A stretch of DNA of 64,000 nucleotides from the human T2T-CHM13v2.0 reference genome, Homo sapiens. Location: the NCBI RefSeq assembly GCF_009914755.1, contig NC_060928.1; one strand, written 5' to 3'. Numbering within the stretch: the first letter of the stretch is position 1; each line of letters begins with the position of its first letter. Positions 1 to 13,050 of the stretch are shown here, one piece after another. The position numbers and the translations under genes are program-made. Below the pieces are notes generated by a model, which did not search any database, had not been told where the DNA came from, and saw only the letters and a list, made by a program, of their open reading frames with translations.

Positions 1-19
1 ATGCAATCTGCTTTCTTAT

Positions 20-103
20 TGTGTCCAGAATTGTTTCCTTCCGGTGGGTTCTTGGTCTCGCTGACTTCAACAATGAAGCCGCAGACCCTGGCGGTGAGTG
101 TTA
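20..103 (-). mobile_element. LTR12 (ERV9) LTR 3'-terminal fragment, about 85 bp
   Basis: tgtgtccagaattgtttccttccggtgggttcttggtctcgctgacttcaacaatgaagccgcagaccc...gtgagtgtta is the reverse complement of the LTR12 U5 end (...CCAAGAACCCACCGGAAGGAACCAATTCCGGACACA). Confidence 0.85.
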
Positions 104-519
104 TACCTCCTTTCAATATTGCGGGGCATCTGGCCTTCAGTTTAGTTAAACACTGTCCCTATCTGCAGGTTGCAAAGAAACTGAGGTCCTCAGAAAATGC
201 CCATCCCAAGGCGACCACCAATGTGACTTCAGGGCATAACCTCTTCCTTCAGCCCAAAACAAACATCTCTATGGCTTGTCCACACTCCCCTGCATGAACA
301 TGGCTGTTCTGTACAGGGAGTGGAGATTAACCCCACCCTTCGTGCAAGCCCATAGCCCAGGGATTTGTAGAATTTAAGATTATTATTACTATATTTCTAG
401 TGGCTTAAAGAACTACAGTAGTGAACTTTTTTTTTCTAAAGTCTTCCCTCTTTTTCCTTCAGCATACACCTTGGTTACCATCTAGTTTAAAGTCCTCCTC
501 CTACAAAACTTCTGCCAAC

Positions 520-950
520 TAGGAAAGAAATTTTGAAAAGCTTTTAAAGAATTAAAGTTGGTTTTATTCAGAAGACTTACTGAGGAGTACAGACCAAGTC
601 CTATAGCCCAGGAGCACTTCTATAAGACTACTCCAGCACAGTATTTCAGCCCACTCTTCATATACAGGTGGTGGGGGCTCAGCATGTGTAAAATCACATC
701 ACACTTGCTCAGAAGTTACACTGAAGCAGAAGTACGTCAAAGTATAGGTGTACGAATACATCTGGCTATGCATTATAGAAGCATAACCAATCCCGTCAGA
801 CATCTTATGTGTAGGAAAAGACAATGACATGGGTCAATTATCTTCAAATGAATAGAGAGACTCAGGGAAAAGATGTGAGGAATCATGTGCTCTATTCTGT
901 TTTGTCTTCAAAGTTCTGGAGAGCTGCACATTGTCATGGAGTCAGGGGTA
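520..950 (-). mobile_element. Old ERV1 (MER4-group-like) LTR; sequence to the left may be ERV internal
   Basis: ttttatt (minus-strand polyA signal) near the left end and LTR-like composition; subfamily not resolved. Confidence 0.4.
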
Positions 951-1328
951 CAAGCAGAAAAGAGCAAACATGGCTTCTTACATTTCCTACTTTGCCTCAC
1001 ACTTCAAAAACTGGAAAACCATTAAAATCCAAAGATTTTTCTCAAAAAATGTTTGTTTAAAATGAAAATATGTGCTTTTAGTAATTTGGAATGTTATAGT
1101 TGCTTGCCTGTGGCTCTGTTTTCAGGAAATATAAAATTACAAAAAAAAAAGGTGTATTTTTTTTTACCTAATGATAGTTTTCTGAAGCTGAAACCCTAGC
1201 TTTGTGCACAATATAGACTTGAGGCAGTTATTTAACAAAACAATCAAACCAAAATGAATTTTTTTCTTCTGTTAGCATTCAGTGTCCTCTGAGGAACATG
1301 TCTTTTTGCCTTTGGATAAAACCAAGTG

Positions 1329-1636
1329 GGCTGGGCACAGTAGCTCATACCTGCAATTTCAGCACTTTGGGAGGCCAAGACAGGCAGATCACCTGAGGTC
1401 AGGAGTTAAAGACCAGCCTGACCAACATAGTGAAACCCTGTCTCTACTAAAAATACAAAAATTAGCCAGGTGTGGTGGTGCACACCTGTAATCCCAGCTA
1501 TTCAGGAGGCTGAGGCAGGAGAATCGCTTGAACCTGGGAGGCTGCAGTGAGCCAAGATCGCACCACTGCACTACAGCCCAGGTGACAGAGCGAGACTTTG
1601 TCTAAAAAATAAAAAATAAAATAAAATAAAAAATAA
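1329..1636 (+). mobile_element. AluS (Sx/Sz-like), full length
   Basis: Dimeric Alu consensus, A-rich tail, flanking caagtgg target-site duplication (TSD). Confidence 0.95.
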
Positions 1637-2327
1637 CAAGTGGAATTACTAGGTTCTTCATGTTTCCAAGCTAAAGAACACACATGTGTTGTAACTAGGC
1701 CAATTATAGCACTACACTAAAGCAAAATGTTTTTGTCTCAAAAAAGCCAAAGTCATAATTTTAGTTAATAACAAGTACAATATAAAAAAACAAAAACATT
1801 TAGTTGTCAAAGCAAGCTTGTAAAAAATTGCACCTGAATAGCCCTTAGGTATAACTATTAACTGGTCTTTTCTAAACACTTCATTTTTTTTCTGATAATC
1901 TCAGAATTGCCATCAATAACAGGAGACCTATGCTCTAATAAAATTATGGTTGGTATTTAGTGTATTCCATCAACAATTAATGAACTGGAAAGTATAAACC
2001 CGAAGAGGCATAAAACATTTTACTTTAAACACGAAGAAAATCAATACTAACCTGATCCACTCAAGAAGTAAAAGCACATGTTATTTATCATTCAATTCTC
2101 TTTTTCAGATTTACCCTTGCCAGATTCAATTTTGTTTTTGAGGTCGTCACAGAACTAGATGGTTATGTTCAATTAGAGGAAGGAAGAAATAACACACTGG
2201 ACAAGTTCATTCCCAAACTAGTCATTTTGAAAACTGACTATATTTTGAAGAAAATAGAAATTAATGAAAAAGTCTTTGAGAATCTCCATAATATGCACTA
2301 TCAGTAAGAGTCCTTCTTTCTAGTCTT

Positions 2328-2452
2328 TTATTTATATATCATTTATATAAATATTTATTAAGCAACTACTGTGTGCTAGCATGTCTGTAAGTGTCAGCAT
2401 TAGATCAGTGAATTAAATAGACAGTTCCATGTTACCACAGAACTTGTATCCT
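2328..2452 (-). mobile_element. L2 3' end fragment
   Basis: aaatatttattaagcaactactgtgtgctag...gtgaattaaatagacag resembles the L2 3' terminus in antisense. Confidence 0.6.
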
Positions 2453-5400
2453 CATGCCCTTTGGTCTTGACAGGCTTTCTTCAGTTTCTCTCTTCTTCTC
2501 CAACTGTGAATAATGTCATGTTAATTTTCTCAGCTATTTATGCTTGAATTTTAAAAATATGTTAATGAGGTCTCAGAAGAGGTCAATCAGTTTCACCACA
2601 AATCCTTAGATTTTAAATATTTTGTTCTTGATGGCAAAGCTGCTTTTTACTTTAGTTTACTTCTCTTCCTGCATTTCAACAAGTTGCTTTTGTAAACATT
2701 TCCAGGCATCTCTTATTCCTGTCCTCCACAGCTATGCCTACATTCAAGATGATATATTCTGCTCAGAAAAAAGGCTGGACCTTTGTAAGCCAGGTGAATT
2801 GTGGAAACAGAAATTTGAAATCCTGAAATGGAAGTATGTAGACTGCAAAGAGAAACAAGAAAAGACCATGTTGAACATGGAGTGTCGAAGCATAAAAAGA
2901 TGAAACAGGAAAAGGAAGTGAAATTAAAGATTAAAAGAAAATGACTAGAATCCAGGGTCTGAAAATCCAAAGAGACATAGCTTTAAAAAATACAAAAGTT
3001 TACAATATTGAATGCTGTAGAAATTGATATATGTTATTATAAATTCACCTGGTTTGCTGAGGTCATTCTTTGTTCTTAATTGATCAGTTTATTGAGATTT
3101 TTAGCAAAATATTTTTGGAAACTGGTCAACTAAAGTTTATACAATGCTGAGCTGGAAATTCTTACTTTTCTACTGACTTAAAGTTGTTGAGTTTATCAAT
3201 TGGTTCCCTAATTTTCAAAATAATATACATAATACTTATCCTACTAAATTATTTATCTAAAGATTAAATTAAAATATATATAAATATGCCTTGTAAAAGG
3301 TCATATGACTTTAAGGATTTATTTGTATTTTATGGAGAAAAGCTTTTTTTCGTTTGTTTGAGTGTTTGTTTTAGTATACACAATTGCTTTCTATTATCAC
3401 ATCTAATAAACTTTAACTTTTTAAATTTTATCAAATTAAGTGCAATACTCACACATGAGATGGGATCTGACATAATCTTTAAGACTCTCCTCAGGAAATT
3501 ATAATCAATAAAAGAGCAATTTTGGACTATAAGAAATATGATTGCAACTCACACACAAAAAAAAAAATATTCTGAAGTAATATTCTGGGAGCAAAGAAAG
3601 CAAGACAATATTAACAACAGGGTTAATTCAGCAGTCAATGATAAGCACATTTACCATAAACTTGGGAGAATATTTGCAGATAACTGAAAAAAAACCTTTC
3701 TTTAAAGAGTCAACTCCTTACTGCATTTATTATTTTGTCTTTCTGTTTCATATACAAAATGAACTTGAATCAAAATCATTTTGCCTAAATGTATGTGAAA
3801 ACAGTTTAAAACAGTCATTACAACTCTTACTTTCAGTTAAATAATGTAGTATTATTTATTTTCAATGATACAATCTGGAAAAACAATTTAAAAGGTTAAC
3901 TGCCTTCACTGAACCACCCTTTAGGAAAGCAGCGCTGATTAGTTTGAAGAGATTTCATTGCTAAAATGTTTCCTGTCATCTTTTTTCTGCTTTGAATATG
4001 CCTCCCTAACAGAAGTCTCTAGATTGCTTATTGGTGAAATGATTTTTTTAAAGAGCATATATGGATAAATGTATCAGTGTATGCATATGCAAACATGTTG
4101 TATGTGACACATATATATGGGTCTATGATCTTAGTATTTTTCTCATTCTGACCTCAAGACGGTACAATTTCTGTTCCCTCATATCAGATTTATTTCTCCT
4201 ATTTCTTTATTCTGCCCTATCCGTCACCTCCTTCACATCTCTGATAAAATGCCACTTACTCAAAGTTTTCTTTCCTGACCAACTTATCTAAAAAGAATGA
4301 AGGACCTACAGAGAAATTCTAACCCAGTTTTTCCAGATATTTTTTCACATAGTAAAAGACAACTGTGAGTTTTGTCTTTTACAAGGTAAATATCCTTAGG
4401 TTTTGTGTACTTTCATTATTCCTATAAAATTGTCCTCTAAATGTTTTCTACTTTGTCACTATACCTTTAATGTGCTGGTCTAAAACTCTAAAAACTAAGC
4501 ACATTATCGCCTTCATTCTAGAGGTAACACTTCTATTAAAGTACTTTGAAATTCTATTAGCATATTTGCTAGCCATCTGTTACTGTTGATTCACACTGAG
4601 TTTATTAGAAATTTAAATATCTAAATCATATGCAATGCTATTGAGCCATTGTCCCCTCTTAGATTTTGTAGATCTTTCTTAAACCCTAGCATCAGTTAAA
4701 TGTGTTATATTTGACTCATCATTTCCAAATTATTGATGTAGTTCTATGGTTTATTTTATCCAATGTACTTATTTGTTGATATTTGAAGATGATTCTGTCT
4801 CAGAAAAAATTATTCTAAGATTACCAAGTTAATAATAAAGGTTTTATTAACCCATTTGAATCCCTTTTTGTCCTAGTGGTATGGTTAAACATTTGCTGGC
4901 ACTGCCAAACTCCAGAGCACAATAATACTTTAGAAGGGTACAGAGATATGAAAACATGTGTCATGATTCAATTATATATAGTAATTACATATAGTAATTT
5001 CTTTGCAGTAGAAACTCTGTAATAACTGCTTTAATTATCCTATTCAAACTGTTTTCTGGCCAGTGCACCTCAGTTTTGTTTGTTTGATTATGAAATACTA
5101 ATATTATTCTGGACCCTCTTCTCATTGATATGCACTCCATAATTTCTAACTCAGGATCTCATCGATTTTTTTTGATCCAAATACAAACGATGTGGCAATA
5201 AAGCTCAAATGTAAGACTTCAACCCTGACTAACTCATATTCATTGTTCAGATATGTTCTTAAATATTCATTCTCATAACATATGGCCATTTTTACATAAA
5301 CAGGGAATCCTGTTATTTTGGGAAATTCCCCTTTTTCAGATTAATATATGTATTTAGTGAAAGTTAACCTTCATCATAACTCACCTTCTCAGTCATAGCA

Positions 5401-6269
5401 GTGATTCATGCCATATAAATTAAATTGTGTTTTGAACCTTACGGCTTTACTATATAGTCCTTATCACAAACTCATTGAGTAATTATCACTTTAACATGTG
5501 AGTATACATCATTACATTGTGGTAAACACATGATATAAATCATGTATGTTGCTCACTATTGAAGCACAAAGATTACCTGTGTCTACCCCAAATAGGTCTA
5601 CTTTTTCTTCTATGGGAAAAATATACAGTTTAACACTAAAGTTAACATTAAACTCCAACACAAGCTGGTAAATGTATTGGCTAATTCTATCATTACAATT
5701 TTGACAGCCAGGCAAGAGGGAGGTCTGATTTATACTTATCATTTTTAAGGGCTTCAGAAATCATGAGCATATAAACTCATGCACACACACAGCTAAGTCA
5801 CTTGGGGCTCACAAGCCAACATTCACATAAAATCTACATGCCGACTCTTGCGATTTACATTGTTAAAGTCCAAAGGAATGTTTTTCCATATATCTTGTTC
5901 TAAGTCTTCATAAAAAAAACACAGGTACATCTGAGTGTCATGAAGATTTGCAGGTGGTGCTGATGTCAGTGTTAAAGACAAATAATATTTTTCATTGCAG
6001 AAAGGAATTACATAATGGAAGCACTCAGATAAAAGACAAATTAATTAATTTGCCAAATTCTTTCTCTCAGATAGAAAGGATGTGATTGATTCTTCCATAA
6101 TTCAGTATAGTTTCTCAGTAGTTTCCAGCATCTGCTTTCTCATTTTTGTTGGTGCTTCAATTAGTGAACCAGAAGTACTCATATTACTCATAGCATAGAA
6201 GTCATAATGGCATGCAGTGGCTGAGGAAATGGGCCCAATAATAACAAATTCATTGTATTATTAAATGTG

Positions 6270-6820
6270 TGTCTATGTATGTGAATATATACAATAATTT
6301 AGACATAATATGCATGGATTATAACTAACATGTTTATTAGTTATATATGTTATATGTAAATATACAATATATATTATATATTTAATAATGTAATATATAA
6401 TATATATTATATTATAAATTATAAAGTATAATACCAATTTTACTTTGGCAAAATAATGTTTATTAAATTATAAAGTTAAATTTTTTGGAAAATATTTAAT
6501 AAGATTTAATTAAAATGTCAAAAATTAAATAAAACAATGGTTTAATATTATAATTTGTAATTTAATAGTATAATATATAATATATATTTATTGTAAAAAT
6601 ATATAATAAATATATATTATATATTTATATGTATAAATGTGTATTTATAGTTATAGTATTAAATATACTATAGTATAGTAAACTAAATGTACTATAGTAT
6701 TAAATATTAAATGTGTATTTATATTTATAGTATTACATATAGTATTAAATATACTTATAGTTTATACTATAAATATAAATATTTACACATTTATACATGT
6801 AAATATATGTTTATATATAA
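6270..6820. repeat. AT-rich low-complexity / degenerate (TA)n tract
   Basis: Near-exclusive A/T content with TATA-type periodicity. Confidence 0.9.
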
Positions 6821-7626
6821 AGAGATGTATTATAAGGAATTGGCTCACATAATTATACAGCATGACTGTATTGGTCCATTTTCACACCACTGATAAAGAT
6901 ATACCCAAGACTGGGAAGAAAAAGAGATTCAATGGACTTGCCGTTCCACATGGCTGGGGAGGCCTCACAATCACGGTGGAAGGCAAGGAGGAGCAAATCA
7001 CATCTTACATGAATGGCAGCAGGCAAAGAGAGAGAGAGAGAGAGCGCTTGTGAGAGGAAACTCCTCCTTATAAGTCATCAGATCTCATGAGACTTATTCA
7101 CTATCACAAGAATAGCATGGGAAAGTCCCACCTCCATGACTCAATTACCTCCCACCCGGTCCCTCCCACAACACCTGGGAATTCAAGATGAAATTTGGGT
7201 GGTGACACAGTCAAACCATATTACTGACAATTCACAAGGCCTGCAGGGTGAGTGGGCAACCTGGAGACGGAGGAAAGCCAATGGTGGAGTTTCGGTCTAA
7301 AGGCCAGCAGGCTGAAAACCCAGGATGAGCCAATGTTGCAGTTGAGTCTCAGGGCAAGAAAAAGCTGATGGCCCAGTTCAAAGGAGCTTAGGCAAAAAGG
7401 AGTCTCTCTTGCTCAGAAGAAAGTCAGCCTTTTTGTTCTATTCAGGCCTGCAATTGATTGATTGAGGACTACCCACCTTAGGGAGAGCAGTCTGTTTTAC
7501 AGTTTACTGTTTCCTATATTAACCTCATTCAGAAATACCCTCACGGAAACACTCAGAATAATGTTTCATCAAATATTTGGGTACCTCATGACCCAGTCAT
7601 GTTGACACATACATTTACCCATAATA
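6820..7626 (-). mobile_element. MLT2 (ERVL) LTR, interrupted by THE1
   Basis: gagatgtattataaggaattggctcac ... tttttgttctattcaggcc ... cccagtcatgttgacacat match the MLT2B/C consensus in antisense. Confidence 0.85.
6867..7223 (-). mobile_element. THE1 (THE1B/C-like) MaLR solo LTR
   Basis: tgtattggtccattttcacac...gacacagtcaaaccatatta; 5-bp TSD atgac/ctgac. Confidence 0.92.
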
Positions 7627-9039
7627 AAGTATAGTACCAATTTTTACTTTAGCAAAATAATGTTTATTAAATTAAAAAGTTAAATTTTTAGGAAAATATT
7701 TAATAAGGTTTAATTGAAATGTCAAAAATTAAATAAAACAATGGTTTTAAAATTATTTATTTAATTTTATTTGGTTATTTAGTTGGAATTTATATATTTT
7801 AACTTTAAAATGTGATTTTGAATATTTTGGCAAAAATACTGTTTTGAAAATATAAATAAAACAACTAATTTTATTTACCTTTACATTTAATTTAATTTTT
7901 AACAAAATTATAACCAAAATTTGAAAACACAGAATACCATTGCATTTATTTTTTAATTCTATAGATAGTGAATTAGGGCAATTAAGATTTTGATAAAACA
8001 GAACGTATAAAATTAAATACCAGAGAAAAAGGAAAATTCTAAAAGAAAAAAACAAAAAATCTGCAAATGTACAGTGCTATTATATATATTATCTATCTAT
8101 CTATCAACTTTAATAAATGTGAGCAAAATCTATAAGTATGACCCACATAAAATTCATGAAAAGTATACATTTTTATTAATGAATATTTGATTATTGGCAG
8201 AAACCATGAGAATGTATGAGTAATCCCATGTATTTTCAAGTCCCAAGCTCTATAAATGTGAGTTCCATCGCTCCAAGAAGTACCAGATTTGTCGTCAGGA
8301 CTGTCTGCAGATCTAATTAAGTTGTCAGGCATTCCATTGCAGAGATTTTAACATCCAAAGAAAAAAGCCTGAGAGAAATGGAGAAGAAAATAAGGTGAGA
8401 AGAGCTTGGGGCCCTAACAAAGAAATTTTTAATGCCAGGCAGAGGAAATTGCCCATGAAAACGCCTAACCCTAACCCTAATACTTACCAAGTTTTGCTTA
8501 ATTCACCAAACATCAGGAAAAAGTACCAAAATTGTATTGCTACGTCTAATTAACTCACTGAGTTTGGAAGCAGAGCTCAGGATATTCTTGCTTAGAATGA
8601 TGAAGTAGGCATATTCTTTTAAAGGTATGGGACAATAAGGGATAGAATTAGGGAATAAGAAAATTTTGATAGTTCCTTCCAAATGGTCAGATTTGTACTC
8701 CAGGAGCATAATTCTAGCAATAAAGTTCAGGACAAATTAACCCAGGGAATTTCTAAATAATGCCAAATATTATTACTATTATTAAGACATAAGAATTTGC
8801 ATGAGTACTGTGGCAACTGAGAGAAAGTATTTTCATAGATCTCTATACAAGGGAAAAGTGATTAACCTAGGACACCATTATGGGGTTTATACCAATCTTT
8901 ATCTATGTTTCTCCTGGACTGCCTTCAGAAATATTCACTTCAAAGCAGGAATACAAAGACAGGATCATTTCTAAGAGACATGAATATCCTCTGAGAGTTG
9001 GTTTAGCCTTGAGAATCCCCCATGGCTTGCTCAACATCC

Positions 9040-9250
9040 CTCAGACTCCATGGTATTTTCAGGAGTTCCCATTCAATCTTTATTTCTTTTCTCTTTCATT
9101 CAAGAACAATCTTACATCGTGGTCCAATGGCTCTCCCAGTTGTTCTGGATCTCTTCCCATTTTCTCTCACATGGGTTTTTCTCCTAAACAAATTCTTGCA
9201 TGTTTAACCCCGTCTTCGCATATTTTTCTCAAATGACTCAGACCAACACA
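9040..9250 (+). mobile_element. Ancient ERVL-class LTR 3' part (LTR33/LTR16-like)
   Basis: ttcttgcatgtttaaccccgtctt...gaccaacaca resembles the ERVL LTR terminus. Confidence 0.5.
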
Positions 9251-9594
9251 AAAGTAGAGAAAATATGCAGACAGGAGTATGTGCAAGCAATTTTGAGAGT
9301 AAAATTGACAGGAAATATTAGCTGATTTTATTGAAGCAGAAGAAGGAAGAGTGATGTACTATTCAAGTTGTGAAAATGATGATCATATTAACTGAGGTTT
9401 CAAAAATAGGATAAAAAGGAGTTGAAAGCAAAAATTTAAGTTCAATTTTGGAACATATTCAATATGAGATGTCATGAGCACACTGGAGAATGATGCCCAG
9501 CTGGCTGTTACAAGTGTTGGCTATGAACTCAGGTGACAGACAAAGGCCAGAGTTGCATGCTTGACAATCATACACACAGTGGAGACTATCTGAA

Positions 9595-10031
9595 AAACAG
9601 CGCAAATTGTTGAGATTTTATACTACTTGTATGCTAACCAGTCAGCCTGCCACAGTTTTATGGATTCTGGTAGAAGGTATGAGACTCCTGGATCACAGAT
9701 GGACAATTCACTACTCATGGCAATTGCAGTAGCAGCATCACTATTTGTGCTGTTGTCACAAGCCTCAGGTACCACAGGGCCACATGAAGAGGTCCAGATG
9801 ACAGATGACACTTGCACACACAGGAGGTTAATTATAGAGAAGGAACTCTGAGCTTAGGAACCCAATATTTCCTAATGAGTGGTAAACATGCTTGTTCTTT
9901 CTTCTAGCAGGTGGCATTATCTCTACTTTTCAAAGCTGCTGAGTATTCAACTATCTTTGAAAAGGTAGTTGAAATGGCTTACACACAAAATGTGCAGAAA
10001 CGTAAAAGACCCAAGGAAAATTGTCTGGCAA
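9595..10031 (-). mobile_element. ERVL LTR (MER54/MER74-like)
   Basis: gcctgccacagttttatggattctgg...tgagactcctggatcacaga...ctgagcttaggaaccc...gtgcagaaacgtaaaagacccaaggaaaattgtct. Confidence 0.7.
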
Positions 10032-10158
10032 TACATATTTTTCGGTATGTTACCAGCAAACATACCGAAAAATAATCAAATTCTCTTGAAAAACTGTAAT
10101 TCTAGTTGAAACAATTTGGTCCCATTTTTCACTTCAGATTATAAAAAGTGTATGTTTC

Positions 10159-10194
10159 TGTGTATGTGTGTGTGTGTGCCTGTGTGTATGTGTA
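10159..10194. repeat. Imperfect (TG)n microsatellite
   Basis: Seen directly. Confidence 0.85.
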
Positions 10195-10240
10195 TGAATA
10201 TGCTTTGTTTTGTTTTCTGATCCAGTCAGGTCTGGGATGA

Positions 10241-10702
10241 TGTATTTGTTTCCTATGTTCACCATAAGAAATAACTACAAATTGGGTGGCTTAAATCAAC
10301 ATAAATTTATTTTCTTTTAGTTCTGGAGGCCTGATGTCTGAAATCAAGGTGTCAACAGGGCCATGCTCCCTCTGAAAGCTCTAGTGAGGAATCCCTTCTT
10401 GCCTCTCCCAGCTTCTAGTGGCTTGAGCTGTTCCTTGGCTTGTGTTTTGCATAAATTCAGTTTCTACTTCCATCTTCACCTCATTTTCTCCTCTGTGTGT
10501 CCTTTCAAATCTCATTTCTCTTTATGACACTTATCACTGGATTTTAGGCCCGCACTAATCCAGGATTATCTCACTTTAGGATCCTTACGTTAATTATATC
10601 TGCAGATAAGTTTTTGCAAATAAGGTCACATTCACAGATTTATCAAGTTAGACCTATCAGTTTCAGGGCCTGAGCTGGGGGGGCAACATTCAACTCACTA
10701 CA
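10241..10702 (-). mobile_element. MLT1C/B MaLR LTR
   Basis: tgtatttgtttccta...gggtggcttaaa...ttctggaggc...aaggtcacattcacag...caactcactaca. Confidence 0.88.
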
Positions 10703-11109
10703 GAAATGTACAGCAAAACAGGCTATTAATGATGTGGCAAATGTGTTTTCCTAGAACAATGGCAAAAGTTAACATTCAGCCCACACCCTTCTTTCAGGAG
10801 TCATAAATACCGGTTTCTGAATTTTCTATTAATCTCCTATATTCATTCACTTTGTTTCTTCTTTTAGTATTTCCCTTAAGATTATTAAAAACTCACCTAT
10901 CTTATTTGTTTTAAAAGTTTAGTTTTAAATTTTGGTTAAGTTCTTTATGGATATCCAGAGGTAGTCATGTCTATCAATATTTTTCTACATTATATTTTCC
11001 ATGGCTTTAAAATATTTTTTAATTTCAAATTTCTTCTTTTGCTTTTATGTGTAGAAAATCCTGAGCCAGTCAGAAATGTGATAGACAATATCTTTTTAAT
11101 TTTGTCTAG

Positions 11110-11200
11110 CTTTTTAAATTTTTAAAAACAGTAAGCTCTTTAATCCATCTAGGATTAAATTTGGTGTTGGTATGCAGTAAGCATCTAACTTTATTTTTTC
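11110..11200 (-). mobile_element. Old L1M ORF2 fragment
   Basis: tctttaatccatctaggattaaatttggtgttggtatg resembles antisense L1 ORF2. Confidence 0.5.
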
Positions 11201-11289
11201 ATCCATCTTTGCTAACATTTTTCTTTCAGTCATTAAGTTAGCCTTTTAAACTTCTTTTCATATGTAAAGTGTCATATTCAGATTCACTT

Positions 11290-13050
11290 AATCTTTATTC
11301 ATTCACTCATTTAAAAACTACTGGGTGTCAGATATTCTCCAAACAAAATTCTAAATGCTGTAGAAACTGCAATGAAGGAAACAGACAGAAATGTCTGCCT
11401 GCATGGAATTTATAATCGAATGAGTGGAGACAGACAATAAAGAAACAATAGTAATAATAATATGTGGCATCTTACATGGTGATAAGCTTGTTATGGAGGA
11501 ATACCAACCTGGGAAAGGGGAGAAGAAAAGTCTGACTGTAGGATTTTAAAGAAAATTGTCAGAGAAGGTTATATTTGAGCAAAAAAGATAAAGAAAACAA
11601 GGGAATGAATATCTGAAGGAAAATATTTTCAGACAAAAAAACAAACAGCAAGTGCAAAGGCCTCGAAATGGAAGGTATCTGACACAGAGAACAAAGCCTG
11701 AGGGGATGAGATAGAATAAGGGGGAAAATAGGGCATATCTCTGAAAGGTATTGGGTTCATATTGTCTAGGCTCTTGTAGATAATTGTTTGGGTTATGTTT
11801 TTTTTTTTAATTATTTTTCTCTCTTGAAAAAATAGGCAGACAGTAGAGCATTTTAAGCAGTGAAATGGCATGACCTGATTTTTACATTATTTTATTTCAT
11901 TATTTTTAATGAGATGGGAGTCTCACTTTGCTGCCCGGGCTAGACTGGAACTTTTCAACTGAAGGGATCCTCCTGCCTCATCCTCTCAAGTAGCTGGGAC
12001 TACAGGCATGTGCCACCAAACTGACTCACTTGTACAAATAAAATAAAATAGGCAGAAGTTAGAAAAGGGAGGTATGAGCAGACTATTGCATGAATCCAAG
12101 AGAGAGATGTGTAAACTAGGATTATAGCAGTGAAGATGGTGGTAATCAGTTTAATTCTGAGTACAGTTTGAAGATGAGGCCAGTAAGATGTCCTAAATGA
12201 CTGGGTATGCTTTGGAAGAGAAAGACACTCTCAGCCAACTTTCAGCATTTAGCCTTGAGCTTTTAGAAAAATGGTGTTGCCCTAACAGAGATGGGGATAT
12301 TGCATTAGGTAGAAATTTTGAGGAGGGAAAATGGTGATAAAATTTAAATGGCTATTACTCTTCCAAGCAGGGACTTTGAGTAGATAGCTGGAAATGAGTG
12401 TCTGGAATCTAGGACGAAGTCAGTATCTGAGTCATAAACTGCAGATACAGTAAAAGCTGATATTATAGAATTAAGGGGCAATTGTTGGAGTTTGGACCTT
12501 GAATAGGTTTAAAAAAAAAGATGGAACGCTATTCCCACATGGGGCCATTACACTTTGCCTAGGAACAAGTTTCCCATGGTAACAGGGAGGAAAGGTAGAA
12601 GTATGGGTACAGATGCTGGTAAGTCACTGAATATTTTTGGAGCTCGTCTAATGTTTTCTGTATTCTTAATAAAGGAGAAAGCTAGGTCAGCTGTGAGTGA
12701 AGACGTGAGGTACTACAGGGTTGAGGAGGAAAGAGAATGTATGAAATTGCTGTCTAGGAGAGGAAGGTAGTCAATGAACTAGGAAAATACTGTGTGATTC
12801 CAGGCAGTACTAAGGGCTAACTTAAATCACAAAATTATGACTTTAAAGTGAGACTAATCAGTATGTAATGTGGTTTTCTTCAGACCTGTTCATCTCGGTG
12901 GGAGTAGATAGAACTAAATATACCAAGGTTATGGCTTGGCCAAATTAATATTATGAAGCAAGAGAAAAGAAAAGGGATATTTATAAGGCAATTATAATAA
13001 TTATTGACTATGGATTTTAGGCTGGGTAAGGAGGAAAATAAATAGGCAGA
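11290..13050 (-). mobile_element. L2 (L2a-like), fragmented, with FLAM insertion
   Basis: attcattcactcatt start, acagcaagtgcaaaggcct, ttttaagcag, caggcagtactaagggc and ctttaaagtgagac motifs. Confidence 0.75.
11889..12026 (-). mobile_element. FLAM (Alu monomer)
   Basis: gagatgggagtctcactttgctgccc...gatcctcctgcctca...gtagctgggactacaggcatgtgccacca. Confidence 0.85.

Noticed and set aside
1-297. 98-aa ORF at the window start
   Set aside because: It reads through an antisense LTR12 fragment and has no recognisable homology.
8464-8480. Telomere-like cctaaccctaaccctaa
   Set aside because: Fewer than three units, too short to call an interstitial telomeric sequence.
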